Positions 36,563 through 49,562 are shown, counted from the stretch's first letter. The stretch: 64,000 nucleotides of DNA from an uncultured Deinococcaceae bacterium (GCA_964252075.1 CAXULY010000015.1:32001-96000), one strand, 5' to 3'. The notes: generated by a model not told the origin, from the letters alone. Made by a program: numbers and translations.

Positions 36563-36901
36563 TCAGGACGACGCGTAATCGTTGAAGAACGAGTACAGCG
36601 CCTGATTGGAGCTCTGCGCGGAGATGAAGTTTGCGCCCTCCGCGTTCAGGACCGCCACCACCTGCTCGAAGTCATCCACGTGATCGAGCAGCACGAACAC
36701 CCCGTGCCGGATGGCGTGCCGCGCCGCCGTCCGCAGGCCCTCCACGCCTTCCGTGCCCCGGTCCTCGAAACGCGCGATCTCCTCGATGCTGTGCAGCGCG
36801 CTGAACGCCAGGATATGCTCCAGCTGCACGTCCAGCGTCAACTCCTGGCGGTCCTTTGGCGTCACGCGCAGGTACACCACCGCTTGGCGCGCGGCGGCCA
36901 T
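36563..36901 (-). CDS. Resolvase (serine recombinase) N-terminal-like domain, catalytically degenerate
   Basis: AVVYLRVT...Q..TLDVQ...IARFED; TGATG overlap with the response regulator. Confidence 0.6.
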   Translation of the reverse strand: MAAARQAVVYLRVTPKDRQELTLDVQLEHILAFSALHSIEEIARFEDRGTEGVEGLRTAARHAIRHGVFVLLDHVDDFEQVVAVLNAEGANFISAQSSNQALYSFFNDYASS

Positions 36902-37353
36902 CAGCGGGGCTCCACGAAGACCGTGGATGCGGCGGGCGGCAGGTACACCTCGTTGGCGTCCAGCCAGAAGGCCCGCAGCGCGCGCGCGACATCCAGAAAG
37001 CCGGGCAGGCCGCTGGGCTTCACCACGTAGCCGTTCGCGCCGCTGCGATAGCAGCGCTCCAGATCCACGTTCTCCCGCGAGGTGGTGAGCATCACCACGG
37101 GCGTCATGGCGTACCGCGGCTCGCGCCGCAGCGCCAGCAGCGTCTGCACGCCGCTCAGGCCGGACATGTTGAGGTCCAGCAGGATCAGGCTGGGGTCGCT
37201 GCCCACCGGCCACGCCCGCAGGGCCGCGAGCAGATCGTCGCCGCTCTGCAGGGTGTGCAGCTGCGCGGGCGCCAGGCCGGCGGCCCTGAAGGCGTGCTGG
37301 GCCAGTTCGAGGTCAGCCGGGCTGTCGTCTACCAGAACGATGTGTTTGCGCAC
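36901..37353 (-). CDS. Single-domain response regulator (Rcp1-like)
   Basis: IVLVDDSPAD, LILLDLNM, VVMLTTS and ANGYVVKP; GTG start after GGAGGG (ATG at 37383 is an alternative). Confidence 0.85.
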   Translation of the reverse strand: MRKHIVLVDDSPADLELAQHAFRAAGLAPAQLHTLQSGDDLLAALRAWPVGSDPSLILLDLNMSGLSGVQTLLALRREPRYAMTPVVMLTTSRENVDLERCYRSGANGYVVKPSGLPGFLDVARALRAFWLDANEVYLPPAASTVFVEPR

Positions 37354-37500
37354 GTGCACAGCCCTCCGCGGCCAGTTCTTCATGAAGCCCGCAACCCACT
37401 AGATTCTCATGCGCGGACTGGACCTTCATTATAAGGCAGCGCTGAGAGTGGCGCGCGCCGCCGTCTGGAGTGCCTCCCACCCGCCCGCTATACTCACCAG

Positions 37501-40197
<2,697 letters not shown>

Positions 40198-40279
40198 AGA
40201 ACCGGCTGGAAGGGGGCGGGGCGCACGCGCCCCGCCCCCTTCGCCATGGGGCCCGAGACCCCGCTTGTTACACTCGCTC

Positions 40280-41188
40280 ATGGCTCCAGAACTGCTGTCC
40301 CTGGCGCCCGGCGTGCAGTACCTGCCGGGCGCCGTGAATTCCGTGGTGGTCGAGGACGGGCGCGGCGGCGCGCTGGTGGTGGACACCGGCCTGGACGAGT
40401 CGCACGCCCGCAAGTTGCTGCGCGCGATGGAGGCGAAGGGACTCACGCCGGGCGCCATCCTGAACACGCACAGCCACGCCGACCACGTGGGCGGGAACGC
40501 CTTCCTGGTGAAGCGCTTTCCGGACCTGAAGGTGTTCGCGCCGCCCTTGGAGGACGCCATCATCCGCTCGCCGGTGCTGGAGCCCATCTACCTGTTCGGC
40601 GCACGCCCCCCGCGCGCCCTGCAGAACAAGTTCCTGATGGCCGCGCCGAGCCCCGCGCGCCTCGCGCCGGAGCCGGGCCTCACGCGCCTCGCGGGTGTGG
40701 AGGTGGAACTCATCGAGGTGGCGGGGCACGCCAGCCTGATGTTCGCCGTGCGGGTGGGGGAGGTGCTGTACGCCGCGGACGCGCTGTTCGGCCCGGCGGC
40801 ACTCGCGCGCCACCCGCTGACCTTCTGCATGGACAGTGCCCTGCAGAAGGAGAGCGCCGCGAAACTCGCGGCGCTGGAGGGCGTGCGCGTCACGCTGCCC
40901 GGCCATGGTGACTCCACGGACGACCTGGGCGCGCTCGTGCAGGTGAACCTCGACGCCTACGCCCGCACCACCGAAGTCGTGCGCGAGGCGGTCCGCACGC
41001 CTGGCACGGTGGATGAGGTGCTGCGGCGCGTGACGCTCGCGCTCGGCCTGGAGGTGCGCGAGGCGGGCGCCGCGCTCCTGAACCGCAGCGTGGTGAGCGC
41101 GCACCTCGTGGAGCTGCTGGAGCGAGACGAGGCCGCCCTGGAGGTGCAGGACGGCGTGCCGGTGTTCCACGCGCGCCCTGCACCTTAA
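40280..41188 (+). CDS. MBL-fold metallo-hydrolase
   Basis: VDTG, THSHADHVGG, GH, ADA and LPGHG. Confidence 0.88.
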   Translation: MAPELLSLAPGVQYLPGAVNSVVVEDGRGGALVVDTGLDESHARKLLRAMEAKGLTPGAILNTHSHADHVGGNAFLVKRFPDLKVFAPPLEDAIIRSPVLEPIYLFGARPPRALQNKFLMAAPSPARLAPEPGLTRLAGVEVELIEVAGHASLMFAVRVGEVLYAADALFGPAALARHPLTFCMDSALQKESAAKLAALEGVRVTLPGHGDSTDDLGALVQVNLDAYARTTEVVREAVRTPGTVDEVLRRVTLALGLEVREAGAALLNRSVVSAHLVELLERDEAALEVQDGVPVFHARPAP

Positions 41189-41245
41189 AGAAGGGCTTAC
41201 GCGGTCATCATGTGGCCCGCGCCGCGCCGGGCGTACCTTGGGCGC

Positions 41246-42052
41246 ATGACGAAATCCAGCCAGAACAGCCGGACCACGCGCAGCAAGGCCGGGAGCAGCA
41301 AGGCGGGCGGCGAGGCGGCGGACGCCACCCCGAAAGTGGACGTGACGGCCGCGGCGCCCAAGCGCGGCGGGCGCCGCGCGAACAACGGAGCCGCCCAGAA
41401 CGCGGACGCGGCGGCCCTCCCGACCTCCAGCGCGGACCAGGACGCGGCGCTGCAGGCCAGCGGCGGCGCGACCGACGCGGCGACCGAGGCGCAGGACAAC
41501 CCCGTCGGGAAGACGGACGCGGCGCACCAGCAGGGCCAGCGGGGCACCGAGGCGCAGTTCGCGCAGCTGATCAACCACAGCTACCTGACGGAGGAGGGCT
41601 TCGACACCGTCGCGGAGACTCTGCAACGCAACGTGGCGACCACCATCAGCCTGTACCTGAAGCTCAAGAAGTTCCACTGGGACATCCGCGGGCGGCACTT
41701 CCGCGAGCTGCACCTCGCGTACGACGACTTCATTGCGAAGATCTTCCCGAGCATTGATGAGCAGGCCGAGCGCCTCGTGATGCTGGGCGGCAGCCCCGTC
41801 TCCGCGCCGAGCGACCTTGAGAAGTACAGCGTGGTGCAGGTGCCCACCGAGACCATTCACGACGCGCGCGAGCAGCTGACCGCGCTGGTGGACGACTTCA
41901 CGCGCGTCGCGCGCAGCTACCGCGACGACAGCAACGCCGTGGATGACGCGGGCGACCCCGCCACGTCCGACATGTACAACGCCATCCTGCTCGTCATGGA
42001 CGAGGTCCGCTGGATGACGCAGGCGATGCTCGACGACCGCCGCATGGACTGA
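41246..42052 (+). CDS. dps: DNA protection during starvation protein (Dps1-type) with long N-terminal extension
   Basis: LYLKLKKFHWDIRGRHFRELHLAYD, DEQAERLVMLGGSP and GDPATSDMY. Confidence 0.9.
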   Translation: MTKSSQNSRTTRSKAGSSKAGGEAADATPKVDVTAAAPKRGGRRANNGAAQNADAAALPTSSADQDAALQASGGATDAATEAQDNPVGKTDAAHQQGQRGTEAQFAQLINHSYLTEEGFDTVAETLQRNVATTISLYLKLKKFHWDIRGRHFRELHLAYDDFIAKIFPSIDEQAERLVMLGGSPVSAPSDLEKYSVVQVPTETIHDAREQLTALVDDFTRVARSYRDDSNAVDDAGDPATSDMYNAILLVMDEVRWMTQAMLDDRRMD

Positions 42053-42114
42053 GGGACGCGCGTGCACGGGGCCGCTGGTGTTAGCGGCCCCGCCGCATCT
42101 CTCCCCACCCCACC

Positions 42115-42609
42115 ATGGGCCGCGCCTTCGATTACACCCTGGATTACGCGCACCTCGACCTGCGCGCGCACCCGGAGCTGTACCGGGTGGGACGCGGGGA
42201 GCAGGGCGTGCTGCTCGTGCAGCCGTACAAGGCCGAGCTGCTGCCGCACTGGCGCTTCGCGACGCCCGACGCGGCGCGCGAGAGCAGCGAGCAGCTGTAC
42301 GCGATGTTCCTGGCGTACCTGGACCGCCGGGATTTCGTGGGGGCCGACATGGCGCGCAAGTTCATTCAGATGGGGTACACGCGCTCGCGCCGCTACGCGA
42401 ACCACCGGGGCGGCAAGAAGTACGAGGGGTCCGTCCCGGACGACCAGAAGGGCGTGAGCGGCGCGCACGGTCGCCCGGAGCGCCCGCGCGACCCGGAGGA
42501 CCCCGTGAAGGCCGAGTCCGCCCGCATCTTCAAGGCGAAGTGGGACGAGGCGCGCGCGCACCCCGAGTACCAGCGGCAGCTCGCGGCGCACCGCGCGAAG
42601 TACGGCTGA
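42115..42609 (+). CDS. DUF4385-like protein
   Basis: YRVGRGEQGVLLVQPYK and DFVGADMARKFIQMGYTRSRRYANH. Confidence 0.75.
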   Translation: MGRAFDYTLDYAHLDLRAHPELYRVGRGEQGVLLVQPYKAELLPHWRFATPDAARESSEQLYAMFLAYLDRRDFVGADMARKFIQMGYTRSRRYANHRGGKKYEGSVPDDQKGVSGAHGRPERPRDPEDPVKAESARIFKAKWDEARAHPEYQRQLAAHRAKYG

Positions 42610-42612
42610 CCG

Positions 42613-43128
42613 TCACGCGCGCGTGGCCCACAGCAGCAGGTCGCCGTGCTGCCTGCTGTGCCCCGTGCCGACCTGCTCGAAACCGCACTTCGTGAGCACG
42701 CGCGCGCTCGCGGGGTTCGTGACGGCGGTCTCGGCGGTGATGCGCCGCACGCCCGGCTGGGCGCGCAGCAGCGGCAGCAGCGCGCTCAGGGCCTCAGTGG
42801 CGAGGCCCTGGTTCCAGACGTCCGGGTTGAGGCCGTACCCGACCTCCCAGTCCCCGGCGGCGTCCGGGGTGCCCTTGACACCCATGGCGCCCACCGCCAC
42901 GCGGTCCGCGCGGCGCACCAGCACCGCGTTCCAGGGCAGCGTGCGGCTCGTCCGCACCAGCTCGGGGAACATGGGGAGCAGGCCGCCGGGCCATGCGGGT
43001 GGGAAGCGCACCCGCTGGGCGCCCTGCGGGGTGTCCACGCTCGCCTCGAAGTCGTCCTCGGTGACGCGCCGCCGCATCAGGTCCAGGGTCAAGTCGACCA
43101 GCCACAGGCGCTCCGTTTCGAGGTGCAT
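42613..43128 (-). CDS. GNAT family N-acetyltransferase (RimJ/RimL-like)
   Basis: LETERL, EVGYGL, WNQGLATEAL and NPASARVLTKCGF; TACACT 6 nt before ATG. Confidence 0.85.
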   Translation of the reverse strand: MHLETERLWLVDLTLDLMRRRVTEDDFEASVDTPQGAQRVRFPPAWPGGLLPMFPELVRTSRTLPWNAVLVRRADRVAVGAMGVKGTPDAAGDWEVGYGLNPDVWNQGLATEALSALLPLLRAQPGVRRITAETAVTNPASARVLTKCGFEQVGTGHSRQHGDLLLWATRA

Positions 43129-43265
43129 GGCGCCAGTGTACGGGGACGGGGCGCCGCGTCTTCTGGAAGGGTGAAGCTTTCTGGACAGCACGGTCCGCTG
43201 GGGCGCTTTCGCGTTAGAATCAGCTTCGACCCCGCCCGGCCTCCCTGGCCCACAACCGACGTGTT

Positions 43266-43916
43266 ATGACCCAGAACCACCCCACCACCCTCATGCTGCT
43301 CGCCGATTACGTGCACCCCTTCGTGTACCGTGAGGGCTTCCCGCAGGGCGTGCCGCCGGTGGACCTGGTGCTCGTGGCGGGCGATGTGCCCGGGTATTAC
43401 CTGGAGTTCGTGGCGACCAAGCTGACCGTGCCGGTGGTGTACGTGCCCGGCAACCACGGCAACGAGTACGTGAACGAGGGTGACGGTCGGCGGGAGGCGC
43501 GCGGCGTCATTAACGCGCACGGCCGGATTGTGGAGGCGGCCGGGCTGCGCATCGCGGGGTGGGGCGGCGTGCCACGCTACCGGCAGGGTGGCGAGGGGCA
43601 GTTCAGTGAGTCGCAGGCGAACTGGGGCCTGACGAAGATGGCGTGGCGGCTGGGCCGCCGCCCGCTGGACGTGTTCCTCACGCACGCGCCGCCGGACGGC
43701 CCGCACGCCGGGCAGGACTTCGCGCACCGCGGCTGCCACGCCATCACGCACTTCATGCAGCGCACCCGCCCGCCGCTGCTCGTGCACGGTCACATCCACG
43801 AGTACGAGGGCAAAAAAGTCGAGTACACCGACCCGCAGACCGGCACGCGCGTCATCAACGCCTACGGGTACCGCGTGATCACCGTGAACCAGGGCGTCCT
43901 GGCCGCGGCCGACTAG
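43266..43916 (+). CDS. Metallophosphoesterase
   Basis: LADY.H, AGDV, VPGNH, THAPP and HGHIH. Confidence 0.85.
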   Translation: MTQNHPTTLMLLADYVHPFVYREGFPQGVPPVDLVLVAGDVPGYYLEFVATKLTVPVVYVPGNHGNEYVNEGDGRREARGVINAHGRIVEAAGLRIAGWGGVPRYRQGGEGQFSESQANWGLTKMAWRLGRRPLDVFLTHAPPDGPHAGQDFAHRGCHAITHFMQRTRPPLLVHGHIHEYEGKKVEYTDPQTGTRVINAYGYRVITVNQGVLAAAD

Positions 43917-44034
43917 GGGAACGCGAACCGGGCGCACGGCCCGACTCGGCGAAAGACAGGGTAAGATCGCGGCGGAATGGGCGGCACGCATTCTGCCCCG
44001 CTCGATTCAATGTCTTCGGTGAAGGAGCACGACC

Positions 44035-44427
44035 ATGACTGACGCGCCCCGCTGGCCGCACGGCATCTACGCCATCACCCTGTTCGCGGAGGACCTGGAG
44101 GCCACCCGGCGCTTCTACCAGGAGGTCCTCGGCCTGCCCGTGGTGTTCGAGGACCCGAACTCCGCGGTGTTCCGCATCGGCGACACGCTCGTGAACCTGC
44201 TGCGCGGCACGGAGGCCGATACCCTCATCGCGCCCGCGCGGATGGCGGCGCGCGACGCCGGAGCGCGCGCTGTGTTCACCCTGCAGGTTGACGATGTGGA
44301 CGCCACCTGCGCGGACCTCACCGCGCGCGGCGCGACCCTGCTGAACGGCCCGATGGATCGCCCGTGGGGCGTGCGCACCGCGAGCTTCCAGGACCCCGCC
44401 GGGCACATCTGGGAGATCGCGAAGTAA
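44035..44427 (+). CDS. VOC (glyoxalase/bleomycin resistance) family protein
   Basis: FYQEVLGL, VDDVDA and PWGVRTASFQDPAGHIWEI. Confidence 0.88.
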   Translation: MTDAPRWPHGIYAITLFAEDLEATRRFYQEVLGLPVVFEDPNSAVFRIGDTLVNLLRGTEADTLIAPARMAARDAGARAVFTLQVDDVDATCADLTARGATLLNGPMDRPWGVRTASFQDPAGHIWEIAK

Positions 44428-44434
44428 CGCCGCC

Positions 44435-44917
44435 CTAGGTGGTGCTGGAGGCGCTGCCCGCGGCGGCCGCGACGCCCTCCGGGAAGTCGCGCGCCACACG
44501 CTCCAGGGTGCGGCGCGCGGTCTCGCGCAGCATCTTCTCGAAGGCCGCGCCGCCCCACCGCTCCGCCTGAGGGAGGTCCAGGTGCGCGCGCAGCCGCAGC
44601 GCGTAATGCAGCGTCGCGTCCGCGCCCACCCGGCCGTCCCCGCCGACCTCCGCCCACACGCGCGCCTCCAGCGGCAGGGGTTCCAGGCGCGCGCCCTCCG
44701 CGGTGGCCTGCACGCGGCTCGCGAAGGGCAGGCTCACCTCGCCCAGCATGGGCACGCTCACCAGCAACTCCGCGCGCACCACCTCGTCCTGCACGGTCAG
44801 GCCGCGCAGGAACCGCACGCGCGACAGGCTGCGCGCGGGGTCGCGCAGGAAGGCCCGCGCGGCGCTCGCCGGGCCGGGGTAGGGGAGACTGAAGTCCTGC
44901 GCGGCGTCCAGGATCAA
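44435..44917 (-). CDS. DUF3809-like (SRPBCC-type) protein
   Basis: FLRDP...RVRFL...LPFAS...WGGAAFEKM pattern; TTG start. Confidence 0.6.
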   Translation of the reverse strand: MILDAAQDFSLPYPGPASAARAFLRDPARSLSRVRFLRGLTVQDEVVRAELLVSVPMLGEVSLPFASRVQATAEGARLEPLPLEARVWAEVGGDGRVGADATLHYALRLRAHLDLPQAERWGGAAFEKMLRETARRTLERVARDFPEGVAAAAGSASSTT

Positions 44918-44984
44918 GGGCCCACCACGCGCGCTGGGGCGCCCCTGCGTCGCCCCACGCTCCGCCCAGCGGGTGGCGCGGCGG

Positions 44985-45230
44985 TCAGTCCACCCACTCG
45001 ATCACCAGGGTGCCCGCTTCGACGGCCTCCTGCAACTCCGCATCGCTCGCGGAGCGCAGCTTCGGCAGGAACGCGAAGCGTGGTGCGGCGGAGGCATACC
45101 CCAGCCGCACCACCACGTCGTCGGACAGCTCGTTCTTGCCGATGCGCCACACGAGGTGGCCGCCCAGCGTCTCCAGCTGCGCGCTCAGTTCAGGCGGGAG
45201 GCTGCCGTTCACGCCCGCATTGTAGGCCAT
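44985..45230 (-). CDS. DUF3248-like small protein
   Basis: LGGHLVWRIGKNE...VVVRLGYASAAPRFA...IEWVD; the true start may be GTG at 45213. Confidence 0.7.
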   Translation of the reverse strand: MAYNAGVNGSLPPELSAQLETLGGHLVWRIGKNELSDDVVVRLGYASAAPRFAFLPKLRSASDAELQEAVEAGTLVIEWVD

Positions 45231-45277
45231 GAACGCGCCCCACCCCCCGCTGAACGGCGCGCTTTACCCCGCGCGCC

Positions 45278-46375
45278 TCACGCGAGGTCCGCTGCCAGCC
45301 ACGCGGGGTGCGCCGCGAGCGGCGCGGGGCGCTCCACGCGGCTCTCGATGCCCACGCTGCGGCCCTCCTCGGCGGACGCCAGGGTGCTGATCATGACGTC
45401 CAGCACGTGGAAGGCCAGTTCGCCGCTGGCGCGCGCGGGCTCGCTGCCGTCCAGGCTGGCGAGCAGGTCCGCGAGGCCGATGCCGCGCGCGTTCTCCTGG
45501 AAGGGCCGGGTGAGGGTCACGGTCTCCCACTCCGCCGCGCCCTTGCGGCGCAGGCGCAGCGGGCCGCCGAAGGTGTTCGGGTCGGGCAGGCTCAGGGTGC
45601 CTTCCGTGCCGTAGATCTCGATGCGAGGCAGTTCGCTGGCGTGCACGTCGAAACTCGTGATGAGGGTCGCGTGCGGCCCGGACTCGAAGGCGAGCTGCGC
45701 GGTCACGTGCGTGGGGGTGTTCACGGGGATGCGCTCGCCGCGCCGCGACTCGTGGCCCGCGACGCGCTCCTCAAGCGCGCGGGTGGCGCTGCCGCTCACG
45801 GACCGCACGGGCCCCAGCATGTTCACGAGCGCCGTCAGGTAGTACGGCCCCATGTCGAAGAGCGGCCCGGCGCCCGGCTGGAAGAAGAACGCGGGGTTGG
45901 GGTGCCAGCCTTCCGGGCCGCCGCTCATCATGAAGGCCGTGGCGCCCACGGGCTGACCGATGGCGCCCGAGTCCAGCACCTCGCGCGCCGTCTGCAGGCC
46001 CGCGCCGAGGAAGGTGTCGGGCGCGCAGCCGACCTTCAGGCCGCGCGTGGCGGCCTCCTGCAGGATCGCCTGCCCGTCCTCGCGGCGAATGGCGAGGGGC
46101 TTCTCGCTGTACACGTGCTTGCCCGCGCGCAGAATGGCCTGCGAGACGCTCGCGTGCGCAGCGGGCGGCGTGAGGTTCACGACGGCCTCCACCTCCGGGA
46201 GCGCCAGGAGTTCTTCCTGCGTGATGGCGCGCGTGCCGAACTCCTCGGCGCGCGCCTGCGCGCGGGCGGTGTCGAGGTCGCTCACGGCGGCCACCTGAAA
46301 GAGCTTGAGGTCGCGCGCGATGCGCAGGTACGCGGCGCTGATGTCGCCGCTGCCAATGATGCCGATGGTGTGCAT
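45278..46375 (-). CDS. Gfo/Idh/MocA family oxidoreductase
   Basis: GIIGSGDIS, GKHVYSEKPLA, CAPDTFLG, WHPNP and DMGPYY. Confidence 0.9.
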   Translation of the reverse strand: MHTIGIIGSGDISAAYLRIARDLKLFQVAAVSDLDTARAQARAEEFGTRAITQEELLALPEVEAVVNLTPPAAHASVSQAILRAGKHVYSEKPLAIRREDGQAILQEAATRGLKVGCAPDTFLGAGLQTAREVLDSGAIGQPVGATAFMMSGGPEGWHPNPAFFFQPGAGPLFDMGPYYLTALVNMLGPVRSVSGSATRALEERVAGHESRRGERIPVNTPTHVTAQLAFESGPHATLITSFDVHASELPRIEIYGTEGTLSLPDPNTFGGPLRLRRKGAAEWETVTLTRPFQENARGIGLADLLASLDGSEPARASGELAFHVLDVMISTLASAEEGRSVGIESRVERPAPLAAHPAWLAADLA

Positions 46376-46407
46376 GGGGTCTCCTCCTGCGGGGTGGTGG
46401 GTGGGGT

Positions 46408-47418
46408 TCAGCCGCCCGGTGGGGCGGTGGACTCGCGGACGATGAGTTCCGTGTCGTAGCGGCGGCGCGCGGGGAGGGCTGTGCCGGTCGCGGCGCGCAC
46501 CAGCGCCTCCACGGCGTCCGCGCCGATCTGCCGCAGCGGCTGGCGCACGGTGGTGAGGCTGGGGCGCACGGCGGTTGCGATGGGCAGGTCGTCGAAGCCA
46601 ATCACGGAGAGGTCGCGGGGCACCTGCAGGCCCAGGTCCAGCGCGGTGTGAATGGCGCCGATCGCCATGCCGTCACTCGCGGCGAAGATGGCGCTGGGCG
46701 CCTCCGGGCGCTGCAGCAGCGCGAGGGCCGCCGCGCGCCCGCTCTGCTCGGAGTACGTGCCGCGCACCACGTCCTCGGGCCGCACCGTGAGGCCCGCCTC
46801 GCGCAGGGCGTCCCGGTAACCGCGCAGGCGCCGGGCGGCGTGATCGCGCCCGCGCTCGACGGGCCCCGCGATGTGCGCGATGCGGCGGTGCCCGAGGGAG
46901 AGCAGGTGGTCCATGGCGAGCCGCGCGCCGTGCGCGTGGTCCACCACGAGGCGATGCGCGCCGGGCCCGTCGATGCTCACCACGTGCTCCGGCAGGTCGG
47001 CGGGGTCCGCCCAGCCGGGCGAGGCGTCTGGCAAGACCAGCATCACGCCGTCCGCGAGGTGGCGCAGCAGCGAGCGCCGCGCGGGGTCCAGGCCGCGCCC
47101 GAGGGGCGCCGTAAACAGCGCGAGGCTGTACCCGAGGTGCTCGGCGGCGCGGCTCGCGCCGTGAATGACCTCGCCCACGTACGGCCACGTGAGGCTCGGC
47201 GCGATCACGCCGATGAGGCCGCGCGCGCCGCCCGCCAGGGCGCGCGCCAGGGGGTTCACGCGGTACCCGGTCTGCTGGATGGCCGCCTCGACGCGCGCGC
47301 GCGTGTCGGGCCGCACCCTCACCTTGCCGTTGATGACGTTCGAGACGGTCATCTTGCTGACGCCCGCCGCCTGGGCGACGTCGCTGATGGTGACGGTGGT
47401 GGGCGCATCGGGGGTCAT
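46408..47418 (-). CDS. LacI family transcriptional regulator
   Basis: [36 protein letters not shown] and PSLTTVRQP. Confidence 0.92.
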   Translation of the reverse strand: MTPDAPTTVTISDVAQAAGVSKMTVSNVINGKVRVRPDTRARVEAAIQQTGYRVNPLARALAGGARGLIGVIAPSLTWPYVGEVIHGASRAAEHLGYSLALFTAPLGRGLDPARRSLLRHLADGVMLVLPDASPGWADPADLPEHVVSIDGPGAHRLVVDHAHGARLAMDHLLSLGHRRIAHIAGPVERGRDHAARRLRGYRDALREAGLTVRPEDVVRGTYSEQSGRAAALALLQRPEAPSAIFAASDGMAIGAIHTALDLGLQVPRDLSVIGFDDLPIATAVRPSLTTVRQPLRQIGADAVEALVRAATGTALPARRRYDTELIVRESTAPPGG

Positions 47419-47442
47419 GGGTGTGGCTTCACAAGCAGGAAT

Positions 47443-47467
47443 TTTATCGGTACATTATACCGGTACA
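47443..47467. promoter_or_regulatory. Putative tandem LacI operators
   Basis: TTTATCGGTACA and near-palindromic TATACCGGTACA (central CG) between the divergent lacI-like and isomerase genes. Confidence 0.55.
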
Positions 47468-47528
47468 AGACGGCTGTCAAACCACCCCGCACCCGCGGCG
47501 CCGCCGCACGCACCACCCTGGAGGGCTT

Positions 47529-48257
47529 ATGGCACAGGACATCGGCATTCAGCTCTACACCCTGCGCGACGACCTCGGCCGGGACTTCTCCGGCACCCTC
47601 GACGCCCTGCAGGAGCTCGGCCTGCACAACCTGGAACTCGCCGGGCAGTACGGCGGCCTGGACGGCCAGGGCCTGCGCGCCGCCCTCGACGCGCGCGACA
47701 TGCAGGCGCGCTCCGCGCACCTCCCCCTGCAACTCCTGGAGGACGACACCGCCGGGCAGGCGGCGTTCCTGCAGGCGCTCGGCGCGCGGCACGCCGTGTA
47801 CCCCTACCACCAGGCCGACACCGAGGAGGCGTGGACAGAACTCGCGCAGCGCCTGGAGCGCCTCGCGCGCGCCCTCGCAGAGCACGGCATTACGCTCAGC
47901 TACCACAACCACGGGCATGAACTCAGCCAGACCTTCAGCGGGCGACCCGTGCTGGACCTGCTGGCCGAGCAGGCGCCCAGCCTGAAGCTCGAACTGGACG
48001 TCGCGTGGATTCACGCGGGCGGCCAGGACCCCGTCGCGTACCTGCAGCGCTACGCGGACCGCACGCCGCTCGTGCACATCAAGGACGTGAGTCGCGACGG
48101 CGACGGCTGGCGCACCGTGGAGCTCGGGAAGGGCGAGGTGGACCTCCAGGCGGTCTTCGCGAACATCCCCGAGGGCGCCCTGCTGTTCTACGAGCAGGAC
48201 CAGAGCGACGGCCTGTCCAGCGTGCGCGAGAGCATGGATTACCTGAACGCCCGCTGA
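47529..48257 (+). CDS. Sugar phosphate isomerase/epimerase (TIM barrel, IolE-like)
   Basis: GIQLYTLRD, YHNHGHE, ELDVAW, HIKD and YEQD. Confidence 0.88.
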   Translation: MAQDIGIQLYTLRDDLGRDFSGTLDALQELGLHNLELAGQYGGLDGQGLRAALDARDMQARSAHLPLQLLEDDTAGQAAFLQALGARHAVYPYHQADTEEAWTELAQRLERLARALAEHGITLSYHNHGHELSQTFSGRPVLDLLAEQAPSLKLELDVAWIHAGGQDPVAYLQRYADRTPLVHIKDVSRDGDGWRTVELGKGEVDLQAVFANIPEGALLFYEQDQSDGLSSVRESMDYLNAR

Positions 48258-48306
48258 GGCGCGCGGCATGGGGGTGAGGGCCGCGTGGCCCTCGCCCCCG
48301 TTCCGT

Positions 48307-49314
48307 TCAACGCGCCACTGAACTCTCGCGCACCACCAGCGACACCGGCACGATCACCTGCGTGGGCTCGGCGGGCCGCGCGAGCAGCGTGGTGAGGCCA
48401 CGCCGCCCCAGTTCCTCCTTGTCCACCCGGATGGTGCTGAGCGGCGGGAAGGCCGCCGCCGCGCCCACGAGGTCATCGAAGCCCACCACCGCGAGGTCCT
48501 CCGGGACGCGCAGGCCCTCGGCGTGGCAGGCCCGCAGCACCTGCAGGGCCGTCGCGTCGTTGAAGGCGAACACCGCGTCGGGCGGCTCGGGCAGGCTCAG
48601 CAGGTGCCGCACGGCGGCCTGCGCGCCCTCCTCGGCGTCCACCGGGTCGCGCGCCACCTCCAGTTCCGGGCGCAGCGGCAGGCCATAACTGAGGAGCGCG
48701 TGCCGGTAGCCCTGCGCGCGCTGCGTGATGCTGTAGTGCGTGGGTTGCCCACTCACGAACGCGATGCGCCGCCGCCCCAGCTGAATGAGGTGCTCGGTCG
48801 CCAGGTATGCCCCGCCGAAGTTGTCGCTGTTCACGCAGCTGAGGCCCGGGTACCAGTGATCCACGATGACGGTGGGGAGGCCCAGGCGCAGCACGCCCCT
48901 GAAGTGCGCGGGGTCGAAGTACCCCACGCACACCAGTCCCTCGGCGCCCTGCCGCCCGATCAGCTCGGGAATGTCATCCACCGCGCCGATGCTGGAGAGC
49001 GACAGGGCGATCTTCTCGTCGCGGCAGGCTTCCTCCACGCCGTGCAGCACCTGCGAGTAGAAGGGGTTGCTGCTCAGGGTGTAGTGCTGGCGGTGGTACA
49101 GGAAACTCACGCGCTCGGGGCGCTCGGGGCGCCGGGGGCGGAGGTTGTTCAGGTCGTACCCGAGGGTGCGCGCAGCGTTCAGCACGCGTTCGCGCGTGAC
49201 TTCCTTCATGCCGCCGCTCATGTTCAGCGACCGCGAGGCGGTGGCCACCGAGACGCCCGCGAGTCGCGCCACGTCGCGGATGGTGGGGGCAACCCCGGGC
49301 TTGCTGACCGTCAT
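48307..49314 (-). CDS. LacI family transcriptional regulator
   Basis: TIRDVARLAGVSVATASRSLN HTH; VPEDLAVVGFDD and PPLSTIRVD. Confidence 0.92.
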   Translation of the reverse strand: MTVSKPGVAPTIRDVARLAGVSVATASRSLNMSGGMKEVTRERVLNAARTLGYDLNNLRPRRPERPERVSFLYHRQHYTLSSNPFYSQVLHGVEEACRDEKIALSLSSIGAVDDIPELIGRQGAEGLVCVGYFDPAHFRGVLRLGLPTVIVDHWYPGLSCVNSDNFGGAYLATEHLIQLGRRRIAFVSGQPTHYSITQRAQGYRHALLSYGLPLRPELEVARDPVDAEEGAQAAVRHLLSLPEPPDAVFAFNDATALQVLRACHAEGLRVPEDLAVVGFDDLVGAAAAFPPLSTIRVDKEELGRRGLTTLLARPAEPTQVIVPVSLVVRESSVAR

Positions 49315-49562
49315 ATGCCCCCACCATACCGCAGATTTGTTTCGTGAACACAGGTGGTGTCATCAGGCGGATTGTCAGGGGAGGTGAGCGCTGTTCACCG
49401 GCGTTTCTCAAATCTTTTGTGCTGTGTAGGCCGCTTTGGCGACTGAGAAGCACTGTGCGACCTCACCGCCATCCCTTGACATGTTACGAATCAAACGCGT
49501 AACGTACTGCTACGTTCACAAAACGAAGGGCGCCCCCGGGGCGCTGATGCCAGGAGGTCCGT

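Noticed and set aside
37384..37500. T-box leader for alaS (and likewise for ilvA)
   Set aside because: No T-box consensus was seen, and both genes appear leaderless.
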